Assembly: GCA_964016885.1 (NCBI GenBank)
Contig: OZ024764.1
Span: 24,118,001 to 24,182,000 of the forward strand
DNA from: Eledone cirrhosa
Taxonomy: Eukaryota
DNA length: 64,000 nt
Direction: 5' to 3'
The translations under genes and the position numbers were made by a program. Shown here piece by piece: positions 1 through 15,000 of the stretch; position 1 is the first letter of the stretch; every line of letters starts with the position of its first letter. The notes under the pieces are model-generated. The model searched no databases. It had not been told where the DNA came from and saw nothing but the letters and a program-made list of their open reading frames with translations.

Positions 1-3000
1 AGTCAAAGTTGGTACTAGTTCCACAGTTACTGTGTTGATAGTCAAAGTTGGTACTACTTCCACAGTTGGTGTGTTGATAGTCAAAGTTGGTACTAGTTCC
101 ACAGTTGGTGTGTTGATAGTCAAAGTTGGTACTAGTTCCACAGTTACTGTGTTGATAGTCAAAGTTGGTACTACTTCCACAGTTTGTGTATTGATAGGTC
201 AAAGTTGGTACTAGTTCCACAGTTGGTGTGTTGATAGTCAAAATTGGTACTAGTTCCACAGTTGGTGTGTTGATAGTCAAAGTTGGTACTAGTTCCACAG
301 TTGGTGTGTTGATAGTCAAAGTTAGTACTAGTTCCACAGTTTGTGTGTTGATAGGTCAAAGTTGGTACTAGTTCCACAGTTGGTGTGTTGATAGTCAAAA
401 TTGGTACTAGTTCCACAGTTGGTGTGTTGATAGTCAAAGTTGGTACTAGTTCCACAGTTACTGTGTTGATAGTCAAAGTTGGTACTACTTCCACAGTTGG
501 TGTGTTGATAGTCAAAGTTGGTACTACTTCCACAGTTGGTGTGTTGATAGTCAAAGTTGGTACTACTTCCACAGTTGGTGTGTTGATAGTCAAAGTTGGT
601 ACTACTTCCACAGTTGGTGTGTTGATAGTCAAAGTTGGTACTAGTTCCACAGTTACTGTGTTGATAGTCAAAGTTGGTACTACTTCCACAGTTACTGTGT
701 TGATAGTCAAAGTTGGTACTAGTTCCACAGTTGGTGTGTTGATAGTCAAAGTTGGTACTACTTCCACAGTTGGTGTGTTGATAGTCAAAGTTGGTACTAC
801 TTCCACAGTTCGTGTGTTGATAGTCAAAGTTGGTACTAGTTCCACAGTTGGTGTGTTGATAGTCAAAGTTGGTACTACTTCCACAGTTACTGTGTTGATA
901 GTCAAAGTTGGTACTAGTTCCACAGTCGGTGTGTTGATAGTCAAAGTTGGTACTAGTTCCACAGTTGGTGTGTTGATAGTCAAAGTTGGTACTAGTTCCA
1001 CAGTTACTGTGTTCATAGTCAAAGTTGGTACTAGTTCCACAGTTGGTGTGTTGATAGTCAAAGTTGGTACTAGTTCCACAGTTGGTGTGTTGATAGTCAA
1101 AGTTGGTAGTAGTTCCACAGTTACTGTGTTCATAGTCAAAGTTGGTACTAGTTCCACAGTTGGTGTGTTGATAGTCAAAGTTGGTACTAGTTCCACAGTT
1201 GGTGTGTTGATAGTCAAAGTTGGTAGTAGTTCCACAGTTACTGTGTTCATAGTCAAAGTTGGTACTAGTTCCACAGTTGGTGTGTTGATAGTCAAAGTTG
1301 ATACTAGTTCCACAGTTGGTGTGTTGATAGTCAAAGTTGGTAGTAGTTCCACAGTTACTGTGTTCATAGTCAAAGTTGGTACTAGTTCCACAGTTACTGT
1401 GTTGATAGTCAAAGTTGGTACTACTTCCACAGTTGGTGTGTTGATAGTCAAAGTTGGTACTACTTCCACAGTTGGTGTGTTGATAGTCAAAGTTGGTACT
1501 AGTTCCACAGTTGGTGTGTTGATAGTCAAAGTTGGTACTAGTTCCACAGTTACTGTGTTGATAGTCAAAGTTGGTACTAGTTCCACAGTTGGTGTGTTGA
1601 TAGTCAAAGTTGGTACTAGTTCCACAGTTGGTGTGTTGATAGTCAAAGTTGGTACTAGTTCCACAGTTACTGTGTTGATAGTCAAAGTTGGTACTAGTTC
1701 CACAGTTCGTGTGTTGATAGTCAAAGGTGGTACTAGTTCCACAGTTCATGTGTTGATAGTCAAAGTTGGTACTACTTCCACAGTTGGTGTGTTGATAGTC
1801 AAAGTTGGTACTAGTTCCACAGTTGGTGTGTTGATAGTCAAAGGTGGTACTAGTTCCACAGTTGGTGTGTTGATAGTCAAAGTTGGTACTAGTTCCACAG
1901 TTGGTGTGTTGATAGTCAAAGGTGGTACTAGTTCCACAGTTGGTGTGTTGATAGTCAAAGTTGGTACTAGTTCCACAGTTACTGTGTTGATAGTCAAAGT
2001 TGGTACTAGTTCCACAGTTGGTGTGTTGATAGTCAAAGTTGGTACTAGTTCCACAGTTGGTGTGTTGATAGTCAAAGTTGATACTAGTTCCACAGTTACT
2101 GTGTTGATAGTCAAAGTTGGTACTAGTTCCACAGTTGGTGTGTTGATAGTCAAAGTTGGTACTAGTTCCACAGTTCGTGTGTTGATAGTCAAAGGTGGTA
2201 CTAGTTCCACAGTTGGTGTGTTGATAGTCAAAGTTGGTACTAGTTCCACAGTTGGTGTGTTGATAGTCAAAGTTGGTACTAGTTCCACAGTTACTGTGTT
2301 GATAGTCAAAGTTGGTACTAGTTCCACAGTTGGTGTGTTGATAGTCAAAGTTGGTACTAGTTCCACAGTTACTGTGTTGATAGTCAAAGTTGGTACTAGT
2401 TCCACAGTTCGTGTGTTGATAGTCAAAGGTGGTACTAGTTCCACAGTTCATGTGTTGATAGTCAAAGTTGGTACTACTTCCACAGTTGGTGTGTTGATAG
2501 TCAAAGTTGGTACTAGTTCCACAGTTGGTGTGTTGATAGTCAAAGGTGGTACTAGTTCCACAGTTGGTGTGTTGATAGTCAAAGTTGGTACTAGTTCCAC
2601 AGTTCATGTGTTGATAGTCAAAGTTGGTACTAGTTCCACAGTTCATGTGTTGATAGTCAAAGTTGGTACTACTTCCACAGTTGGTGTGTTGATAGTCAAA
2701 GTTGGTACTAGTTCCACAGTTGGTGTGTTGATAGTCAAAGTTGGTACTAGTTCCACAGTTTGTGTGTTGATAGTCAAAGTTGGTACTAGTTCCACAGTTG
2801 GTGTGTTGATAGTCAAAGTTGGTACTAGTTCCACAGTTGGTGTGTTGATAGTCAAAATTGGTACTAGTTCCACAGTTGGTGTGTTGATAGTCAAAGTTGG
2901 TACTAGTTCCTCAGTTGGTGTGTTGATAGTCAAAGTTGGTACTAGTTCAACAGTTGGTGTGTTGATAGTCAAAGTTGGTACTAGTTCCACAGTTGGTGTG

Positions 3001-6000
3001 TTGATAGTCAAAGTTGGTACTAGTTCCACGGTTGGTGTGTTGATAGTCAAAGTTGGTACTAGTTCCACAGTTGGTGTGTTGATAGTCAAAGTTGGTACTA
3101 GTTCCACAGTTCATGTGTTGAAAGTCAAAGGTGGTACTAGTTCCACAGTTTGTGTGTTGATAGTCAAAGTTGGTACTAGTTCCACAATTGGTGTGTTGAT
3201 AGTCAAAGTTGGTACTACTTCCACAGTTGGTGTGTTGATAGTCAAAGTTGGTACTAGTTCAACAGTTGGTGTGTTGATAGTCAAAGTTGGTACTAGTTCC
3301 ACAGTTCATGTGTTGATAGTCAAAGGTGGTACTACTTCCACAGTTGGTGTGTTGATAGTCAAAGTTGGTACTAGTTCCACAGTTGGTGTGTTGATAGTCA
3401 AAGTTGGTACTAGTTCCACAGTTACTGTGTTGATAGTCAAAGTTGGTACTAGTTCCACAGTTGGTGTGTTGATAGTCAAAGTTGGTACTAGTTCCACAGT
3501 TACTGTGTTGATAGTCAAAGTTGGTACTAGTTCCACAGTTCGTGTGTTGATAGTCAAAGGTGGTACTAGTTCCACAGTTCATGTGTTGATAGTCAAAGTT
3601 GGTACTACTTCCACAGTTGGTGTGTTGATAGTCAAAGTTGGTACTAGTTCCACAGTTGGTGTGTTGATAGTCAAAGGTGGTACTAGTTCCACAGTTGGTG
3701 TGTTGATAGTCAAAGTTGGTACTAGTTCCACAGTTGGTGTGTTGATAGTCAAAGGTGGTACTAGTTCCACAGTTGGTGTGTTGATAGTCAAAGTTGGTAC
3801 TAGTTCCACAGTTACTGTGTTGATAGTCAAAGTTGGTACTAGTTCCACAGTTGGTGTGTTGATAGTCAAAGTTGGTACTAGTTCCACAGTTGGTGTGTTG
3901 ATAGTCAAAGTTGATACTAGTTCCACAGTTACTGTGTTGATAGTCAAAGTTGGTACTAGTTCCACAGTTGGTGTGTTGATAGTCAAAGTTGGTACTAGTT
4001 CCACAGTTCGTGTGTTGATAGTCAAAGGTTGTACTAGTTCCACAGTTGGTGTGTTGATAGTCAAAGTTGGTACTAGTTCCACAGTTGGTGTGTTGATAGT
4101 CAAAGTTGGTACTAGTTCCACAGTTACTGTGTTGATAGTCAAAGTTGGTACTAGTTCCACAGTTGGTGTGTTGATAGTCAAAGTTGGTACTAGTTCCACA
4201 GTTACTGTGTTGATAGTCAAAGTTGGTACTAGTTCCACAGTTCGTGTGTTGATAGTCAAAGGTGGTACTAGTTCCACAGTTCATGTGTTGATAGTCAAAG
4301 TTGGTACTACTTCCACAGTTGGTGTGTTGATAGTCAAAGTTGGTACTAGTTCCACAGTTGGTGTGTTGATAGTCAAAGGTGGTACTAGTTCCACAGTTGG
4401 TGTGTTGATAGTCAAAGTTGGTACTAGTTCCACAGTTACTGTGTTGATAGTCAAAGTTGGTACTAGTTCCACAGTTGGTGTGTTGATAGTCAAAGTTGGT
4501 ACTAGTTCCACAGTTGGTGTGTTGATAGTCAAAGTTGATACTAGTTCCACAGTTACTGTGTTGATAGTCAAAGTTGGTACTAGTTCCACAGTTGGTGTGT
4601 TGATAGTCAAAGTTGGTACTAGTTCCACAGTTCGTGTGTTGATAGTCAAAGGTGGTACTAGTTCCACAGTTGGTGTGTTGATAGTCAAAGTTGGTACTAG
4701 TTCCACAGTTGGTGTGTTGATAGTCAAAGTTGGTACTAGTTCCACAGTTTGTGTGTTGATAGTCAAAGTTGGTACTAGTTCCACAGTTGGTGTGTTGATA
4801 GTCAAAGTTGGTACTAGTTCCACAGTTACTGTGTTGATAGTCAAAGTTGGTACTAGTTCCACAGTTCGTGTGTTGATAGTCAAAGGTGGTACTAGTTCCA
4901 CAGTTCATGTGTTGATAGTCAAAGTTGGTACTACTTCCACAGTTGGTGTGTTGATAGTCAAAGTTGGTACTAGTTCCACAGTTGGTGTGTTGATAGTCAA
5001 AGGTGGTACTAGTTCCACAGTTGGTGTGTTGATAGTCAAAGTTGGTACTAGTTCCACAGTTGGTGTGTTGATAGTCAAAGGTGGTACTAGTTCCACAGTT
5101 GGTGTGTTGATAGTCAAAGTTGGTACTAGTTCCACAGTTACTGTGTTGATAGTCAAAGTTGGTACTAGTTCCACAGTTGGTGTGTTGATAGTCAAAGTTG
5201 GTACTAGTTCCACAGTTGGTGTGTTGATAGTCAAAGTTGATACTAGTTCCACAGTTACTGTGTTGATAGTCAAAGTTGGTACTAGTTCCACAGTTGGTGT
5301 GTTGATAGTCAAAGTTGGTACTAGTTCCACAGTTCGTGTGTTGATAGTCAAAGGTGGTACTAGTTCCACAGTTGGTGTGTTGATAGTCAAAGTTGGTACT
5401 AGTTCCACAGTTGGTGTGTTGATAGTCAAAGTTGGTACTAGTTCCACAGTTACTGTGTTGATAGTCAAAGTTGGTACTAGTTCCACAGTTGGTGTGTTGA
5501 TAGTCAAAGTTGGTACTAGTTCCACAGTTACTGTGTTGATAGTCAAAGTTGGTACTAGTTCCACAGTTCGTGTGTTGATAGTCAAAGGTGGTACTAGTTC
5601 CACAGTTCATGTGTTGATAGTCAAAGTTGGTACTACTTCCACAGTTGGTGTGTTGATAGTCAAAGTTGGTACTAGTTCCACAGTTGGTGTGTTGATAGTC
5701 AAAGGTGGTACTAGTTCCACAGTTGGTGTGTTGATAGTCAAAGTTGGTACTAGTTCCACAGTTCATGTGTTGATAGTCAAAGTTGGTACTAGTTCCACAG
5801 TTCATGTGTTGATAGTCAAAGTTGGTACTACTTCCACAGTTGGTGTGTTGATAGTCAAAGTTGGTACTAGTTCCACAGTTGGTGTGTTGATAGTCAAAGT
5901 TGGTACTAGTTCCACAGTTTGTGTGTTGATAGTCAAAGTTGGTACTAGTTCCACAGTTGGTGTGTTGATAGTCAAAGTTGGTACTAGTTCCACAGTTGGT

Positions 6001-9000
6001 GTGTTGATAGTCAAAATTGGTACTAGTTCCACAGTTGGTGTGTTGATAGTCAAAGTTGGTACTAGTTCCACAGTTGGTGTGTTGATAGTCAAAGTTGGTA
6101 CTAGTTCAACAGTTGGTGTGTTGATAGTCAAAGTTGGTACTAGTTCCACAGTTGGTGTGTTGATAGTCAAAGTTGGTACTAGTTCCACGGTTGGTGTGTT
6201 GATAGTCAAAGTTGGTACTAGTTCCACAGTTGGTGTGTTGATAGTCAAAGTTGGTACTAGTTCCACAGTTCATGTGTTGAAAGTCAAAGGTGGTACTAGT
6301 TCCACAGTTTGTGTGTTGATAGTCAAAGTTGGTACTAGTTCCACAATTGGTGTGTTGATAGTCAAAGTTGGTACTACTTCCACAGTTGGTGTGTTGATAG
6401 TCAAAGTTGGTACTAGTTCAACAGTTGGTGTGTTGATAGTCAAAGTTGGTACTAGTTCCACAGTTCATGTGTTGATAGTCAAAGGTGGTACTACTTCCAC
6501 AGTTGGTGTGTTGATAGTCAAAGTTGGTACTAGTTCCACAGTTACTGTGTTGATAGTCAAAGTTGGTACTAGTTCCACAGTTGGTGTGTTGATAGTCAAA
6601 GTTGGTACTAGTTCCACAGTTACTGTGTTGATAGTCAAAGTTGGTACTAGTTCCACAGTTCGTGTGTTGATAGTCAAAGGTGGTACTAGTTCCACAGTTC
6701 ATGTGTTGATAGTCAAAGTTGGTACTACTTCCACAGTTGGTGTGTTGATAGTCAAAGTTGGTACTAGTTCCACAGTTGGTGTGTTGATAGTCAAAGGTGG
6801 TACTAGTTCCACAGTTGGTGTGTTGATAGTCAAAGTTGGTACTAGTTCCACAGTTGGTGTGTTGATAGTCAAAGGTGGTACTAGTTCCACAGTTGGTGTG
6901 TTGATAGTCAAAGTTGGTACTAGTTCCACAGTTACTGTGTTGATAGTCAAAGTTGGTACTAGTTCCACAGTTGGTGTGTTGATAGTCAAAGTTGGTACTA
7001 GTTCCACAGTTGGTGTGTTGATAGTCAAAGTTGATACTAGTTCCACAGTTACTGTGTTGATAGTCAAAGTTGGTACTAGTTCCACAGTTGGTGTGTTGAT
7101 AGTCAAAGTTGGTACTAGTTCCACAGTTCGTGTGTTGATAGTCAAAGGTGGTACTAGTTCCACAGTTGGTGTGTTGATAGTCAAAGTTGGTACTAGTTCC
7201 ACAGTTGGTGTGTTGATAGTCAAAGTTGGTACTAGTTCCACAGTTACTGTGTTGATAGTCAAAGTTGGTACTAGTTCCACAGTTGGTGTGTTGATAGTCA
7301 AAGTTGGTACTAGTTCCACAGTTACTGTGTTGATAGTCAAAGTTGGTACTAGTTCCACAGTTCGTGTGTTGATAGTCAAAGGTGGTACTAGTTCCACAGT
7401 TCATGTGTTGATAGTCAAAGTTGGTACTACTTCCACAGTTGGTGTGTTGATAGTCAAAGTTGGTACTAGTTCCACAGTTGGTGTGTTGATAGTCAAAGGT
7501 GGTACTAGTTCCACAGTTGGTGTGTTGATAGTCAAAGTTGGTACTAGTTCCACAGTTCATGTGTTGATAGTCAAAGTTGGTACTAGTTCCACAGTTCATG
7601 TGTTGATAGTCAAAGTTGGTACTAATTCCACAGTTGGTGTGTTGATAGTCAAAGTTGGTACTAGTTCCACAGTTGGTGTGTTGATAGTCAAAGTTGGTAC
7701 TAGTTCCACAGTTTGTGTGTTGATAGTCAAAGTTGGTACTAGTTCCACAGTTGGTGTGTTGATAGTCAAAGTTGGTACTAGTTCCACAGTTGGTGTGTTG
7801 ATAGTCAAAATTGGTACTAGTTCCACAGTTGGTGTGTTGATAGTCAAAGTTGGTACTAGTTCCACAGTTGGTGTGTTGATAGTCAAAGTTGGTACTAGTT
7901 CAACAGTTGGTGTGTTGATAGTCAAAGTTGGTACTAGTTCCACAGTTGGTGTGTTGATAGTCAAAGTTGGTACTAGTTCCACGGTTGGTGTGTTGATAGT
8001 CAAAGTTGGTACTAGTTCCACAGTTGGTGTGTTGATAGTCAAAGTTGGTACTAGTTCCACAGTTACTGTGTTGATAGTCAAAGTTGGTACTAGTTCCACA
8101 GTTACTGTCTTGATAGTCAAAGTTGGTACTACTTCCACAGTTGGTGTGTTGATAGTCAAAGTTGGTACTACTTCCACAGTTGGTGTGTTGATAGTCAAAG
8201 TTGGTACTAGTTCCACAGTTACTGTGTTGATAGTCAAAGTTGGTACTACTTCCATAGTTGGTGTGTTGATAGTCAAAGTTGGTACTACTTCCACAGTTGG
8301 TGTGTTGATAGTCAAAGTTGGTACTAGTTCCACAGTTGGTGTGTTGATAGTCAAAGTTGGTACTAGTTCCACAGTTGGTGTGTTGATAGTCAAAGTTGGT
8401 ACTACTTCCACAGTTGGTGTGTTGATAGTCAAAGTTGGTACTAGTTTCACAGTTGGTGTGTTGATAGTCAAAGTTGGTACTAGTTCCACAGTTGGTGTGT
8501 TGATAGTCAAAGTTGGTACTAGTTCCACAGTTGGTGTGTTGATAGTCAAAGTTGGTACTAGTTCCACAGTTACTGTGTTGATAGTCAAAGTTGGTACTAG
8601 TTCCACAGTTACTGTGTTGATAGTCAAAGTTGGTACTACTTCCACAGTTGGTGTGTTGATAGTCAAAGTTGGTACTAGTTCCACAGTTGGTGTGTTGATA
8701 GTCAAAGTTGGTACTAGTTCCACAGTTGGTGTGTTGATAGTCAAAGTTGGTACTAGTTCCACAGTTACTGTGTTGATAGTCAAAGTTGGTACTACTTCCA
8801 CAGTTGGTGTGTTGATAGTCAAAGTTGGTACTACTTCCACAGTTGGTGTGTTGATAGTCAAAGTTGGTACTAGTTCCACAGTTGGTGTGTTGGTAGTCAA
8901 AGTTGGTACTAGTTCCACAGTTGGTGTGTTGATAGTCAAAGTTGGTACTACTTCCACAGTTTGTGTGTTGGTAGTCAAAGTTGGTACTACTTCCACAGTT

Positions 9001-12000
9001 TGTGTGTTGGTAGTCAAAGGTGGTACTAGTTCCACAGTTGGTGTGTTGATAGTCAAAGTTGGTACTAGTTCCACAGTTGGTGTGTTGATAGTCAAAGTTG
9101 GTACTAGTTCCACAGTTGGTGTGTTGATAGTCAAAGTTGGTACTAGTTCCACAGTTGGTGTGTTGATAGTCAAAGGTGGTACTACTTCCACAGTTGGTGT
9201 GTTGATAGTCAAAGTTGGTACTACTTCCACAGTTGGTGTGTTGATAGTCAAAGTTGGTACTAGTTCCACAGTTGGTGTGTTGATAGTCAAAGTTGGTACT
9301 ACTTCCACAGTTACTGTGTTGATAGTCAAAGTTGGTACTAGTTCCACAGTTGGTGTGTTGATAGTCAAAGTTGGTACTAGTTCCACAGTTGGTGTGTTGA
9401 TAGTCAAAGTTGGTACTACTTCCACAGTTGGTGTGTTGATAGTCAAAGTTGGTACTAGTTCCACAGTTACTGTGTTGATAGTCAAAGTTGGTACTACTTC
9501 CACAGTTCATGTGTTGATAGTCAAAGTTGGTACTAGTTCCACAGTTTGTGTGTTGGTAGTCAAAGGTGGTACTACTTCCACAGTTTGTGTGTTGGTAGTC
9601 AAAGTTGGTACTACTTCCACAGTTGGTGTGTTGATAGTCAAAGTTGGTACTAGTTCCACAGTTGGTGTGTTGATAGTCAAAGTTGGTACTACTTCCACAG
9701 TTGGTGTGTTGATAGTCAAAGTTGGTACTACTTCCACAGTTGGTGTGTTGATAGTCAAAGTTGGTACTACTTCCACAGTTGGTGTGTTGATAGTCAAAGT
9801 TGGTACTAGTTCCACAGTTGGTGTGTTGGTAGTCAAAGTTGGTACTAGTTCCACAGTTGGTGTGTTGATAGTCAAAGTTGGTACTAGTTCCACAGTTGGT
9901 GTGTTGATAGTCAAAGTTGGTACTACTTCCACAGTTGGTGTGTTGATAGTCAAAGTTGGTACTACTTCCACAGTTGGTGTGTTGATAGTCAAAGTTGGTA
10001 CTAGTTCCACAGTTGGTGTGTTGATAGTCAAAGTTGGTACTAGTTCCACAGTTGGTGTGTTGATAGTCAAAGTTGGTACTACTTCCACAGTTGGTGTGTT
10101 GATAGTCAAAGTTGGTACTACTTCCACAGTTGGTGTGTTGATAGTCAAAGTTGGTACTACTTCCACAGTTGGTGTGTTGATAGTCAAAGTTGGTACTAGT
10201 TCCACAGTTGGTGTGTTGATAGTCAAAGTTGGTACTAGTTCCACAGTTGGTGTGTTGATAGTCAAAGTTGGTACTACTTCCACAGTTTGTGTGTTGATAG
10301 TCAAAGTTGGTACTAGTTCCACAGTTGGTGTGTTGGTAGTCAAAGTTGGTACTAGTTCCACAGTTGGTGTGTTGATAGTCAAAGTTGGTACTAGTTCCAC
10401 AGTTGGTGTGTTGATAGTCAAAGTTGGTACTACTTCCACAGTTGGTGTGTTGATAGTCAAAGTTGGTACTACTTCCACAGTTGGTGTGTTGATAGTCAAA
10501 GTTGGTACTACTTCCACAGTTGGTGTGTTGATAGTCAAAGTTGGTACTAGTTCCACAGTTGGTGTGTTGATAGTCAAAGTTGGTACTAGTTCCACAGTTG
10601 GTGTGTTGATAGTCAAAGTTGGTACTACTTCCACAGTTTGTGTGTTGGTAGTCAAAGGTGGTACTACTTCCACAGTTTGTGTGTTGGTAGTCAAAGTTGG
10701 TACTACTTCCACAGTTGGTGTGTTGATAGTCAAAGTTGGTACTAGTTCCACAGTTACTGTGTTGATAGTCAAAGTTGGTACTACTTCCACAGTTGGTGTG
10801 TTGATAGTCAAAGTTGGTACTAGTTCCACAGTAGGTGTGTTGATAGTCAAAGTTGGTACTAGTTCCACAGTTGGTGTGTTGATAGTCAAAGTTGGTACTA
10901 GTTCCACAGTTACTGTGTTGATAGTCAAAGTTGGTACTACTTCCACAGTTGGTGTGTTGATAGTCAAAGTTGGTACTAGTTCCACAGTTGGTGTGTTGAT
11001 AGTCAAAGGTGGTACTAGTTCCACAGTTGGTGTGTTGATAGTCAAAGGTGGTACTACTTCCACAGTTTGTGTGTTGGTAGTCAAAGTTGGTACTAGTTCC
11101 ACAGTTGGTGTGTTGGTAGTCAAAGTTGGTACTAGTTCCACAGTTGGTGCGTTGATAGTCAAAGGTGGTACTACTTCCACAGTTGGTGTGTTGATAGTCA
11201 AAGTTGGTACTACTTTCACAGTTGGTGTGTTGATAGTCAAAGTTGGTACTAGTTCCACAGTTTGTGTGTTGATAGTCAAAGTTGGTACTAGTTCCACAGT
11301 TGGTGTGTTGATAGTCAAAGTTGGTACTACTTCCACAGTTGGTGTGTTGGTAGTCAAAGTTGGTACTAGTTCCACAGTTGGTGTGTTGATAGTCAAAGGT
11401 GGTACTAGTTCCACAGTTGGTGTGTTGATAGTCAAAGGTGGTACTACTTCCACAGTTTGTGTGTTGGTAGTCAAAGTTGGTACTAGTTCCACACTTGGTG
11501 TGTTGATAGTCAACGGTGGTACTACTTCCACAGTTTGTGTGTTGGTAGTCAAAGTTGGTACTACTTCCACACTTGGTGTGTTGATAGTCAAAGGTGGTAC
11601 TACTTCCACAGTTTGTGTGTTGGTAGTCAAAGTTGGTACTAGTTCCACACTTGGTGTGTTGATAGTCAAAGGTGGTACTACTTCCACAGTTTGTGTGTTG
11701 GTAGTCAAAGTTGGTACTAGTTCCACACTTGGTGTGTTGATAGACAAAGTTGGTACTACTTCCACCGTTGGTGTGTTGATAGTCAAAGTTGGTACTAGTT
11801 CCACAGTTGGTGTGTTGATAGTCAAAGTTGGTACTAGTTCCACAGTTGGTGTGTTGATAGTCAAAGTTGGTACTAGTTCCACAGTTGGTGTGTTGATAGT
11901 CAAAGTTGGTAATACTTCCACAGTTGGTGTGTTGATAGTCAAAGTTGGTACTACTTCCACAGTTACTGTGTTGATAGTCAAAGTTGGTACTAGTTCCACA

Positions 12001-15000
12001 GTTCGTGTGTTGATAGTCAAAGTTGGTACTAGTTCCACAGTTGGTGTGTTGATAGTCAAAGTTGGTACTAGTTCCACAGTTGGTGTGTTGATAGTCAAAG
12101 TTGGTACTAGTTCCACAGTTCGTGTGTTGATAGTCAAAGTTGGTACTAGTTCCACAGTTACTGTGTTGATAGTCAAAGTTGGTACTAGTTCCACAGTTGG
12201 TGTGTTGATAGTTAAAGTTGGTACTAGTTCCACAGTTACTGTGTTGATAGTCAAAGTTGGTACTAGTTCCACAGTTACTGTGTTGATAGTCAAAGTTGGT
12301 ACTACTTCCACAGTTGGTGTGTTGATAGTCAAAGTTGGTACTAGTTCCACAGTTGGTGTGTTGATAGTCAAAGTTGGTACTAGTTCCACAGTTACTGTGT
12401 TGATAGTCAAAGTTGGTACTAGTTCCACAGTTACTGTGTTGATAGTCAAAGTTGGTACTACTTCCACAGTTGGTGTGTTGATAGTCAAAGTTGGTACTAG
12501 TTCCACAGTTACTGTGTTGATAGTCAAAGTTGGTACTACTTCCACAGTTGGTGTGTTGATAGTCAAAGTTGGTACTAGTTCCACAGTTACTGTGTTGATA
12601 GTCAAAGTTGGTACTAGTTCCACAGTAGGTGTGTTGATAGTCAAAGTTGGTACTAGTTCCACAGTTGGTGTGTTGATAGTCAAAGTTGGTACTACTTCCA
12701 CAGTTGGTGTGTTGATAGTCAAAGTTGGTACTAGTTCCACAGTTGGTGTGTTGATAGTCAAAGTTGGTACTAGTTCCACAGTTGGTGTGTTGATAGTCAA
12801 AGTTGGTACTAGTTCCACAGTAGGTGTGTTGATAGTCAAAGTTGGTACTACTTCCACAGTTGGTGTGTTGATAGTCAAAGTTGGTACTAGTTCCACAGTT
12901 GGTGTGTTGATAGTCAAAGTTGGTACTAGTTCCACAGTTACTGTGTTGATAGTCAAAGTTGGTACTAGTTCCACAGTTACTGTGTTGATAGTCAAAGTTG
13001 GTACTAGTTCCACAGTTGGTGTGTTGGTAGTCAAAGTTGGTACTAGTTCCACAGTTACTGTGTTGATAGTCAAAGTTGGTACTAGTTCCACAGTTACTGT
13101 GTTGATAGTCAAAGTTGGTACTACTTCCACAGTTGGTGTGTTGATAGTCAAAGTTGGTACTAGTTCCACAGTTGGTGTGTTGATAGTCAAAGTTGGTACT
13201 AGTTCCACAGTTACTGTGTTGATAGTCAAAGTTGGTACTACTTCCACAGTTGGTGTGTTGATAGTCAAAGTTGGTACTAGTTCCACAGTTACTGTGTTAA
13301 TAGTCAAAGTTGGTACTAGTTCCACAGTAGGTGTGTTGATAGTCAAAGTTGGTACTACTTCCACAGTTGGTGTGTTGATAGTCAAAGTTGGTACTAGTTC
13401 CACAGTTGGTGTGTTGATAGTCAAAGTTGGTACTACTTCCACAGTTGGTGTGTTGATAGTCAAAGTTGGTACTAGTTCCACAGTTGGTGTGTTGATAGTC
13501 AAAGTTGGTACTAGTTCCACAGTTGGTGTGTTGATAGTCAAAGTTGGTACTAGTTCCACAGTAGGTGTGTTGATAGTCAAAGTTGGTACTACTTCCACAG
13601 TTGGTGTGTTGATAGTCAAAGTTGGTACTAGTTCCACAGTTGGTGTGTTGATAGTCAAAGTTGGTACTAGTTCCACAGTTGGTGTGTTGATAGTCAAAGT
13701 TGGTACTAGTTCCACAGTTGGTGTGTTGATAGTCAAAGTTGGTAATACTTCCACAGTTGGTGTGTTGATAGTCAAAGTTGGTACTAGTTCCACAGTAGGT
13801 GTGTTGATAGTCAAAGTTGGTACTAGTTCCACAGTTCGTGTGTTGATAGTCAAAGTTGGTACTAGTTCCACAGTTGGTGTGTTGATAGTCAAAGTTGGTA
13901 CTAGTTCCACAGTTGGTGTGTTGATAGTCAAAGTTGGTACTAGTTCCACAGTTCGTGTGTTGATAGTCAAAGTTGGTACTACTTCCACAGTTGGTGTGTT
14001 GATAGTCAAAGTTGGTACTACTTCCACAGTTGGTGTGTTGATAGTCAAAGTTGGTACTAGTTCCACAGTAGGTGTGTTGATAGTCAAAGTTGGTACTAGT
14101 TCCACAGTTTGTGTGTTGATAGTCAAAGTTGGTACTACTTCCACAGTTGGTGTGTTGATAGTCAAAGTTGGTACTAGTTCCACAGTTGGTGTGTTGATAG
14201 TCAAAGTTGGTACTAGTTCCACAGTTACTGTGTTGATAGTCAAAGTTGGTACTAGTTCCACAGTAGGTGTGTTGATAGTCAAAGTTGGTACTAGTTCCAC
14301 AGTTTGTGTGTTGATAGTCAAAGTTGGTACTACTTCCACAGTTGGTGTGTTGATAGTCAAAGTTGGTACTAGTTCCACAGTTTGTGTGTTGATAGTCAAA
14401 GTTGGTACTAGTTCCACAGTAGGTGTGTTGATAGTCAAAGTTGGTACTACTTCCACAGTTGGTGTGTTGATAGACAAAGTTGGTACTAGTTCCACAGTTG
14501 GTGTGTTGATAGTCAAAGTTGGTACTAGTTCCACAGTAGGTGTGTTGATAGTCAAAGTTGGTACTAGTTCCACAGTTACTGTGTTGATAGTCAAAGTTGG
14601 TACTACTTCCACAGTTGGTGTGTTGATAGTCAAAGTTGGTACTAGTTCCACAGTAGGTGTGTTGATAGTCAAAGTTGGTACTACTTCCACAGTTGGTGTG
14701 TTGATAGTCAAAGTTGGTACTAGTTCCACAGTTGGTGTGTTGATAGTCAAAGTTGGTACTAGTTCCACAGTTACTGTGTTGATAGTCAAAGTTGGTACTA
14801 GTTCCACAGTTACTGTGTTGATAGTCAAAGTTGGTACTAGTTCCACAGTTGGTGTGTTGATAGTCAAAGTTGGTACTACTTCCACAGTTGGTGTGTTGAT
14901 AGTCAAAGTTGGTACTACTTCCACAGTTACTGTGTTGATAGTCAAAGTTGGTACTACTTCCACAGTTACTGTGTTGATAGTCAAAGTTGGTACTAGTTCC

